Of a stretch of 64,000 bases of DNA, positions 56,120-64,000 are shown in pieces. The position numbers and the translations under genes are program-made. The notes beneath the pieces were generated by a model. The model saw nothing but the letters and a program-made list of their open reading frames with translations, had not been told where the DNA came from and ran no database searches. The DNA comes from a cyanobacterium endosymbiont of Rhopalodia gibba (GTDB lineage: Bacteria; Cyanobacteriota; Cyanobacteriia; Cyanobacteriales; Microcystaceae): positions 2,848,001-2,912,000 of the forward strand of contig CP067995.1 in NCBI GenBank assembly GCA_045159875.1. Reading direction: 5' to 3'. The stretch's first letter is position 1; each line of letters opens with the position of its first letter.

Positions 56120-57350
56120 ATACTTTGTTTTCAGATATATAAAAAATTATAAATTTCCAAGGTTTGTTCCACAGATTTAACTTTCAAAATTGACAAAATT
56201 ATTAATAATAAATTTAATTAATTAAGGTAATTTTTTTTCAAACTTTAGACTTTTGAGAGAGTTTATATAGGTTAAAACCGCACAATTTTTTTCTATTGTA
56301 TTTAATGTTAAATTACTAACAAGAACAATAATTTTATTATTGTTTAGTCAATAATGATACTTAATACTTTCAGTTTATATGATAGGTAAATTCTATAGTT
56401 TAAGAATATTGGCAATTTTTTGAAAGGAAGTTATAACCTCAACGTTTTATAACTAGCAAATAAATTAAATTTTAAAAAAAGTAATAATTTAATTGATCTA
56501 CCTTATAGATCAATTAAATTATTTTTAATGATAATATATGTTTTTTAATTTTAATAAGCTATGATTAAAGGCATTAAAGTTATAATTAGCTATTAAGATA
56601 ACAGTTAAGCAATAGCCAATTAACTATAGAAGAATAACGCTTAAAAAAATGGTTTTCTTCAAAAAAAGTATAAAAATATTGTATTTAACCTATTTTAACC
56701 ATTAAATATAATTGACCTGTTGATTTAATCTGTTAAGTTAAAAGTTGTTAATGTTAATATTTATTTTTAATTGTATTTATTATATAAATCTATAAATCAC
56801 AACTGCAATACAATCCCAAAAATATAGCTAAATTAATCACAAAGACTACTAACATCCATCCCAAAAAATTTTTTAACTCCCTTAAAGAAAGTATCCTAAA
56901 ATTATTATCAATAGAAGCTTTAAAAACTAATTTAACCCTAATAAGACTTAATCAAAATTCTTATTAAGAATGATGGTTCAGGGTTATCCCGTCATAATTT
57001 AGTTATTCCAGAAGGATTAGTTACTGTTTGAAGGTTAATGGCTAAGAGATTAAAAGCAGAAACTTATCGTCAATTTGTAGCCTTACTGGAAGTTAATGGA
57101 GCTCTTAAAACTAGTTTAAAAAACATAGTTATTGAAAATAATTTTTAAGTTAACATGGGAACCATATCTGGTATTTCTGGATTGTTGGACTATCTAATTA
57201 TTTCTAGTTATTTCCCTTTAACTATTACGCTATTAGTTTTAATATAAACTACTCAGAAGTTCTTGTGTAAGAAACTAGAAAGGAAGTTGATAGTAGTACT
57301 ATTTGACGTGGTCGATTTATTTAGAAATGTCAAGCTACATGAGGGATAGT
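56120..57350 (+). pseudogene. dacB: D-Ala-D-Ala carboxypeptidase/endopeptidase (PBP4, peptidase S13) pseudogene
   Basis: VCSTDLTFKIDKIIN at the 5' end; DGSGLSRHNLV.PEGLV, VNGALK, decayed KTG motif 'NMGTISGISGL..YL'. Confidence 0.8.
56483..56523. repeat. perfect inverted repeat, 18-bp arms, 5-nt spacer, inside the dacB pseudogene
   Basis: aataatttaattgatcta-cctta-tagatcaattaaattatt. Confidence 0.93.
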
Positions 57351-57482
57351 ATCGTACCATAAGATTTTGTCCTTAAGTGTAATACAAAAAAGGCAAAAAT
57401 TATACATTAGGAGTAGTTGAAATGATGAAAGAAAAGAATAAGTTTTAATGAAAAATAGCTGATAATCCATTAGTCACTTCAA

Positions 57483-58097
57483 TTATTTCATAGCCGCTAA
57501 TAAAGCAATAAGGGCATTGTTTTCATGGGGATTAATTTCTTGATCTAACCAAGCAATCCTTACCGCAATGGGAAAGGCGCTCGCCGCTACATCCGGGTCA
57601 AGTTTTTTCAATAATTCTGGTGACTGAGGAACCTTCAGAGCCGATTTGATACTAATCAGAATAGATTTATCTAACTTAAGGGGAGAAAGCTGAGTTTCTA
57701 CCTCATGCCAGTCAATCTTATCCTTGGGAATTCCTAGTTGAATTAAATAAGCCAGTAATCTAGACAGTTTCAATTGTTGGCCATCATTCATATGGCTATA
57801 ATTACCATTGGTAGGGCTATCAATTTTAGAGTGTGATTGCCCAATCTGCATTTCCGATGATCGCAGATTTTCAAGAATTTGTTGCCAGTCTTTAGCATCA
57901 CATGAATCAGGTTTAGCTACTGTCAGACAAACATTAATGCATTCAGCATGAGGAGAAAGTTGAGTCACCCTCGCCTGGACCCCAAGATAACCTAACCAAC
58001 GAGCAATGGTGTTAACTAGAGTCGCTTGGGTAGCTTGAGAATTTGCTAACAAGCGGATTTGGGTTTGAACTAGGGGGCGAACAATTTGGGAGAGCAT
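57483..58097 (-). CDS. conserved cyanobacterial hypothetical protein
   Basis: 204-aa ORF with gene-like composition; TerB-like C-terminal ending (IAWLDQEINPHE..AL). Confidence 0.75.
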   Translation of the reverse strand: MLSQIVRPLVQTQIRLLANSQATQATLVNTIARWLGYLGVQARVTQLSPHAECINVCLTVAKPDSCDAKDWQQILENLRSSEMQIGQSHSKIDSPTNGNYSHMNDGQQLKLSRLLAYLIQLGIPKDKIDWHEVETQLSPLKLDKSILISIKSALKVPQSPELLKKLDPDVAASAFPIAVRIAWLDQEINPHENNALIALLAAMK

Positions 58098-58978
58098 GAT
58101 AACTAAGATGCTTTAATTTCTCTTCTTTCCGTAATATAGATCAATTGTCAAGTTTAATGTTGTCACAAGGATAGCGAAACCAATTTCGAAGAAAAGTGTA
58201 AACTTACAAATCATAGTTTTAGTATAGGCGATTTGGGTGATAAAGAATTTTTTCGGAATACATAGGAAATTATCAGGCAGTTGCTTCTCTTTAAGCTTTT
58301 TTAGTCTCGGTACCCCATTTTTACTCACGAAGCAGATTCGTTCTGACTTCCTTGTATGGTTGATTGGTGTAATTAATTCCTAGATTTTGTCAAGATCTCT
58401 TAGGATTTTGCTATTTTTAAACAAAAAAACAAAGGATGTTCAGGCTGTTTACTCAAACTGTTTTTATTAAAAGGGCGATAGTCCTTAAAGTTAGTAAAAC
58501 TAAAACTAGAATTTTACCTATTTTTTTAGTTTTTCCTCTTAAAGTTTGTGCTTTTCTTTGTCTATAGTCGTTCTCAATAAAAAAACACCGATTACAGTAA
58601 AATTATCAGTTATATGTAAATCAATCAAGCTTGACTTTAAAAGTATCATTTAAACGGAAATTTACACGGACAAATGTTAATCTCAAAACCCGTTAGTCAC
58701 GTTTTTTCTGAATTTTCTAAAAAAGAAGATTAAGTGATATTTAAATTTTTTAAAAAAATACAGTTAAATTGCTATTGCTAACCAACAATTCCATCGCATC
58801 AAAGAATTAGTTAAGAATCCTCAAGTCAGCAAAATCTTTATAAGAGCAACAACTTACTTTGGGCTAAGTTAAAAACGCTATATTACCAAAGTTGAGAGTT
58901 AAAAATTGTCTCTAATTAGTCTGTGCTAAAAAGGACAAAGTTTGCTAAACTATACGAAAATTGTTTTTTCCAACTTTT

Positions 58979-59854
58979 ATGGAATGTATCATTAGCCGCC
59001 GTGCTCAATTCTCTGCGAGTCATCGGTATTGGCTACCCGAATTCGATGAAGAGGAAAATCAACGATTATTTGGGGCTTGTACATGGTTTCCTAGTCACGG
59101 ACACAACTATGTCCTCTACGTTTCTTTAATCGGAGAAGTCGATAATTATGGCATGGTCGAAAACCTTTCCACTGTCAAGCGAGTTATAAAAAAAGAAGTT
59201 ACTGGTCAACTCGATTATAGTTATCTCAACGACGTTTGGGAAGAATTCCAACACACCTTACCCACCACCGAAAACCTAGCAAGGGTAATTTGGCAAAGGT
59301 TAGCGCCCCATTTATCTCTTGCTAATATCCAATTATTTGAATATCCCCAATTATGGGCGCAATACCAAGGAAATGCCATGAAAGCTAGTTTAACCATTCG
59401 TACCCATTTCAGTGCGGCACATCGCTTAGCTCTTCCCGAATTAAGCTTAGAAGAAAACACCAAAATTTATGGAAAATGCGCCCGTCCCCACGGACACGGG
59501 CACAATTATCATCTCGAAGTTTCCGTTACTGGAGAGATTGATCCACGTACAGGGATGTTAGTGGATTTAGTTGCCTTACAAGAGGTGGTCAATAACTACG
59601 TAGTTGAACCGTTTGACCATAATTTTCTTAACAAAGATGTTCCTTACTTTGCTCAAGTCGTTCCTACCGCCGAAAATATTACCCTTTATATTGCTCAATT
59701 ACTGCAAAAACCTATTGGAGAACTCGATGTAGACCTTGATAAGGTTAAATTAATTGAGAGTCCCAACAACTCCTGTGAGATCTATTGTCGTAAGTCTCCT
59801 CAACTCCCTCAAGGATTAACCCATCAAAAATCTGTTTTAGCAACAACTAATTAG
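58979..59854 (+). CDS. queD: 6-carboxytetrahydropterin synthase (two-domain QueD/PTPS)
   Basis: two repeats of FSA.HR...C...HGHNY...PT.EN; ATG at 58979 preferred over TTG 58961. Confidence 0.9.
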   Translation: MECIISRRAQFSASHRYWLPEFDEEENQRLFGACTWFPSHGHNYVLYVSLIGEVDNYGMVENLSTVKRVIKKEVTGQLDYSYLNDVWEEFQHTLPTTENLARVIWQRLAPHLSLANIQLFEYPQLWAQYQGNAMKASLTIRTHFSAAHRLALPELSLEENTKIYGKCARPHGHGHNYHLEVSVTGEIDPRTGMLVDLVALQEVVNNYVVEPFDHNFLNKDVPYFAQVVPTAENITLYIAQLLQKPIGELDVDLDKVKLIESPNNSCEIYCRKSPQLPQGLTHQKSVLATTN

Positions 59855-60070
59855 TGAATTAAAATTAAAATAAGTTCACCTCAAACTGCTAAAAATTGAT
59901 TTAAAATTAAAACTCGAAGATTACAACAGAAAGTTAACAGTTGTTTGCAGGAAATGATCTAGCCATTAGTGTGTCTGGTAATATGGGCAAACGCTAGGCA
60001 GTATACTAAATGATACGACTGTCTTGTCGCCTGCAAAAATCTCCAATCTTAGATTAAGGATAGATGTACG

Positions 60071-60523
60071 ATGGAATCCCAAGCTCAAGAAAAAACGATC
60101 CCTCAAGGCTTAGATACTGACCTTCAAGGCTTAGATACTGACCTCCAAGGCTTAGATACTGAAGTTCCAGGGATATTGACAAAGCAAACGTCTATGACTG
60201 ATCAGCCTTGGCAGGAGTGGCTAGAACCTATAATTGATCTTCTTTCTAATGCCTCTGATTACATTGGACAATGGTTCAACACTTACAAACAATTGCTGAC
60301 GACTATCGGCATTGTCCTTCTTGCCATTATCAGCGTTAAGATTATTGTGGCTGTTCTCGGAGCAATTAGTGATGTTCCTCTTTTGGCTCCTGTTTTGCAA
60401 CTTGTAGGATTAACTCACGCTGCTTGGTTTGCGTGGCGTTATCTTTGGAAGGCATCTAACCGCCAAGAGTTAATGGCTGAATTTGATGCCCTAAGAAATC
60501 AAATTTTTGGCGAAAACGCCTAA
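60071..60523 (+). CDS. curT: CAAD-domain thylakoid curvature protein CurT
   Basis: AVLGAISDVPLLAPVLQLVGL...WF.WRYL.KAS.RQEL. Confidence 0.88.
   Translation: MESQAQEKTIPQGLDTDLQGLDTDLQGLDTEVPGILTKQTSMTDQPWQEWLEPIIDLLSNASDYIGQWFNTYKQLLTTIGIVLLAIISVKIIVAVLGAISDVPLLAPVLQLVGLTHAAWFAWRYLWKASNRQELMAEFDALRNQIFGENA
60101..60163 (+). repeat. 3 x 21-bp in-frame tandem repeat in curT
   Basis: cctcaaggcttagatactgac / cttcaaggcttagatactgac / ctccaaggcttagatactgaa = (P/L)QGLDT(D/E) x3. Confidence 0.95.
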
Positions 60524-60541
60524 ATCAACTTTTTAGTCGAC

Positions 60542-60579
60542 AAAAATCCCTCCGACTATCATAGTACGGAGGATTTTTT
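60542..60579 (+). terminator. intrinsic terminator after curT
   Basis: aaaaatccctccgactat-c-atagtacggaggattttt: imperfect GC-rich stem with T tract. Confidence 0.75.
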
Positions 60580-60749
60580 ATTTACATCCCATTAATTGTC
60601 TTGCATATAAATATAAAGGAATCCATTAGGATTTAACAATTATGCCATTGTTCAACGAAACATCGGTAAAGATTTTATGATATATTCAGAACCGAAGGTG
60701 AACGTGAAAGTTTTCCCAAGGTTAGCAGATTTTAGGAGACTTATAACTT

Positions 60750-61349
60750 ATGACGACAGAAGGACGCTTGCAGGTCGGTCAACCTGCGCCAGACTTCACC
60801 GCTACAGCCGTTATTGATCAAGAATTTCAGACCAAAAGACTATCTAGCTATCGTGGTAAATATGTTGTCTTATTGTTCTATCCCTTAGATTTTACCTTTG
60901 TTTGTCCTACTGAGATCATAGCATTTAACGATCACTATGACGAATTTGCCAAACTTAACACAGAAGTTTTGGGGGTATCGGTCGATAGTGAGTTCTCTCA
61001 CCTAGCTTGGATTCAAACTGATCGTAAAGAAGGGGGAATTGGTGATATTAATTATCCCCTAATTTCTGATATTAAGAAAGAAATTAGCACTGCTTATAAT
61101 GTCTTAGATCCAGAAGCGGGAGTTGCTTTACGAGGACTATTCATCGTTGACAAAGAAGGAATTGTTCAACATTCCACTATTAACAATCTTTCCTTTGGCC
61201 GTAGTGTTGAAGAAACCTTGCGGACTCTTAAGGCAATTAAGCATGTTCAAACCCACTCCAATGAAGTCTGTCCTGTAGATTGGAAGGAAGGAGACAGAAC
61301 TATGATTCCTGATCCTGTGAAAGCGAAAGTATATTTTTCAACTGTTTAG
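60750..61349 (+). CDS. 2-Cys peroxiredoxin
   Basis: [13 protein letters not shown] and EVCP motifs. Confidence 0.96.
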   Translation: MTTEGRLQVGQPAPDFTATAVIDQEFQTKRLSSYRGKYVVLLFYPLDFTFVCPTEIIAFNDHYDEFAKLNTEVLGVSVDSEFSHLAWIQTDRKEGGIGDINYPLISDIKKEISTAYNVLDPEAGVALRGLFIVDKEGIVQHSTINNLSFGRSVEETLRTLKAIKHVQTHSNEVCPVDWKEGDRTMIPDPVKAKVYFSTV

Positions 61350-62131
61350 TTTCTCTTTACCTGAACTAAACAAATTCCATAAGCCTCCACTGATTAAAAA
61401 TCGGGAGTCAGGTTCTGCCTGCAGTTGGAGATGTCTTAGTGTTGAAAGTTGATTTTAAAATGATTAATTTTAATCAGGGATAATGTTAACTTCTCCGAAT
61501 TTAAATTGCTTACATAAACGTTTTTGACTTTTCTCGACTAACGCGCGACAAATTAATAGCTAGGTGAAATAAGACCTTCAGTTTTTTTTATTATGATTTT
61601 GTTACAGTTAGACTAGAAGAGTCACAATTTCTTCTCGGTTTTTGTTGTTGATTGTTTACCTTGAGTTAGCATTGACTCTAATTCTGTTTTACAGCAATTA
61701 CCCGTAACGACTCCTCAAAACTATAATTTTTAGCGATAATATCCCCTGATCTTAATTTTTACACTATTTATTCACTAATAAATAATGTTTTCTTTTTTAT
61801 TATCTTCATAATACAGTAAGATCTCTTAGCCGAAATTATAAAAAGTTTGTGTAGCGAAGAATGGAGGATTAATTAATGATTACTAGTACCAATCAACAAC
61901 AAAACCGAATTGTAGTTAGGGAAGGATTTAGTATTAAAATTAAAAAATTCTGACTATTAAGTGTTCGGATGTATACACGGGAAAGTTCTAAATATACCCT
62001 TTCCAGCAAAACTTATCTGAAATCAAAAAAAATATAATATAAACATTTATTTTTTGTTCTTAAGCCCAACATGAGTGTTTACAAGTCCCAAAAATTTTCT
62101 AGCTTGAGGTAACTTTAAAAAAATTTAAATT

Positions 62132-63525
62132 ATAACCTGGTGTGGGAGTTCTTCTCCAATTTTATTTCACAAATGAACTTAGTACAAGTATCTGCTTCAA
62201 GATCTAAAAGAGTTTCTTTTGATTTTTCTCTACCGAACGATTCAAGTTCAGGGTATTTCTGCCAAATTTTTTTAATGTCTTTTTTAAAATTATGTAATTA
62301 TTTTTTGGATAAAATAATAAAATTTTTCTTTTAAATCAGTATTTTTTTTTGTTTATTGGATAGTCTAAAACTCTTTTTAAAACAACACAATATGCTAATA
62401 TTTTAGAGGATTTTTAATAAATTTTAATAAATAGATTAACTACCAATTATTAATATTTTTTTAATTATTTATTGAGTTATTAATCCTTCAAACAAAAAAG
62501 CAAATAAAACTACTCTAAATATAGTATCGATATTTTTTATCTTTTAGGTAATAGAGTAAAAATACTTAATTTTAATGTAATGGAATACATACTCAGTAAG
62601 ATGATTTTTAAAAAATATTTTCTTGTTCACTTTTAAACGTAGTTTTTGTTAAAGTTAACGTTTTTTACTGAACTAAAATTATCCGGTATCTGGAAGTAAT
62701 TTTAGAAATTAAGCTTTAATCAATCCTAGATTATCATCTGATCCATTAAATAGAAAATAATTACGATAATTTATGACGTATTCAAGAATAACAAATTATA
62801 AATTTATTCTAAATGCTACTACAATTTTCCCAATTTATCTAATTATTTTGTTATTCAATGGGTGTTCTAGGTATAAAATAGAGTTAAAGATTGTTATTCT
62901 AAGAGAACATCAAACTATTTAGTATAAAAGTATACTCTGAAGATCTACTAAAAAATTAAATTTAATCTCGATTTACACAAAAGGACAGAAACTTATAATA
63001 GTCTTAGGAAGAAAGAAATATTTATGTTTGATATAAACCAAATTAATAATTTAAAAAAGCGATGACCACTGTCCCCTTATTAGATATAATTTTTTACTAA
63101 CTTCTAAGTCTCGAAATAGATGCCAATAGCTCACCTCTACTAATAAAGCAATTGCAAGAGATAAAGTAGTGAATTTACTAAAAGTTAAGGAGGGCTAGTG
63201 ATAGAACTAATGATTCCAACTACAGCACAAAGAACAAAAGGACAATAATTGATTGTGAACTTAAGTCAACGAAATATTTCAAGCGACTTCAAAGTAAGAG
63301 AGGTGAGAGAGAAATTTCTAGGATTGTCTCTACGGATAAACTGACTGAACGGATATCCATAAAAACTAAAGTCAATCCAACAATAACAAAACTCAGGAAA
63401 GAGTATATGAGGATTTGACGAATCTAAGAAATAATCGCCGTACTAAAAGAAGCCGGTAAGACTATTGAAAACTTCTTAAGATTAGCCTTTATCATTACAT
63501 CAGCTGCATGTAGAGTCCAAACCCA
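62132..63525 (-). pseudogene. nhaS1: Na+/H+ antiporter (CPA1, NhaS1-like) pseudogene
   Basis: IKANLKKFSIVL, VIVGLTLVFMDIRSVSLSVETILEISLSPLL*, and C-terminal KYPELESF..ETLLDLEADTCTKFI; many stops. Confidence 0.8.
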
Positions 63526-63695
63526 TTATATTATTTCTAATTGCTGAATATCTGAGATCACTTAAGGTTAATAATTAGCCCGATGACTAAATGAATTGAG
63601 AATTAGGTAATCTCTTTACGAGCCAGTTTAAAATAGTTAGGTAAACCAATGATACAACTACTGATAACGTGCTATTGAGGAGGGGAGCTCAATCA

Positions 63696-64000
63696 ATGTC
63701 TTCTACTGTTGAAATGTCAATATCTGTGATCAGTTGGACAGAATCTTCTTTAACTAAAGTTCCAACTTCAGAAGAACTTGAACGGATCAATATCCATTTA
63801 GACTTAATATTGTTAGGATTAGAAGCTTTAACTAATCTTCATGATAATAGTCTGATTGAAGTAGCTACTGAACTAAGCTTACAGACAACCATGATTCAAA
63901 GTTGGCTTCCATGGGCACAAAGACAATCTCTAACGTCATACGAGAGCCAAAAATCAAAACCATTAAAAGTAGAAGAAGCGCGCTCGCTAATCGTTATTAT
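63696..64000 (+). CDS. DUF3038 domain protein (runs off the window)
   Basis: open frame MSSTVE...HLDLILLGLEALT...LKVEEARSLIVI; absent from the ORF track because there is no stop in the window. Confidence 0.75.
   Translation, partial: MSSTVEMSISVISWTESSLTKVPTSEELERINIHLDLILLGLEALTNLHDNSLIEVATELSLQTTMIQSWLPWAQRQSLTSYESQKSKPLKVEEARSLIVI

Noticed and set aside
10934..56523. Hairpins as a CRISPR array, REP or MITE family
   Set aside because: No shared repeat sequence, no regular spacing, no internal MITE body, and no cas or RAYT gene in the window.
58113..58328. 71-aa ORF upstream of the 204-aa hypothetical gene
   Set aside because: No motif; likely promoter/UTR sequence.
533..59463. Short ORFs overlapping real genes (e.g. 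533-799, 5585-5821, 10381-10620, 26918-27142, 27245-27592, 28565-28864, 46606-46863, 55035-55979, 59221-59463)
   Set aside because: Antisense or alternate-frame shadows of well-supported genes, with no motifs.
62140..62334. 64-aa plus-strand ORF
   Set aside because: Antisense to the C-terminus of the nhaS1-like pseudogene.

Overview
Chromosomal segment of a unicellular (Chroococcales-type) cyanobacterium that is undergoing genome reduction. About 29 apparently intact CDSs cover only about 28.5 of 64 kb (about 45%). The rest is very AT-rich DNA full of recognisable pseudogenes and dead IS630-family elements. The pattern fits a diatom spheroid body/diazoplast-type endosymbiont; this is an inference, not proven from the window. 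Intact genes include pdxJ, ruvB, squalene synthase, glyQ, cupB, a selD fusion, pheA, rne, prlC, coaE, a cysteine desulfurase, ctpB, folD, a 1011-aa DUF3854 primase-helicase (CyRepA1-like), gor, queD, curT, a 2-Cys peroxiredoxin, tRNA-Ser(UGA) and tRNA-Asp(GUC). Decayed loci I could read include the sigH-like ECF operon, trmH, rnhB, DUF1997, a Lon N-domain protein, wzc, dacB, an nhaS1-like antiporter and a TPR protein, and ycf54 carries an internal deletion. The most striking unexplained signal is a set of at least 10 long perfect inverted repeats (15-26-bp arms, one a 50-bp zero-loop palindrome) with mutually unrelated sequences. Several appear to have overwritten older pseudogene or IS sequence, and three of the longest flank the intact primase-helicase gene. 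Pseudogene boundaries are approximate and were assigned by eye.
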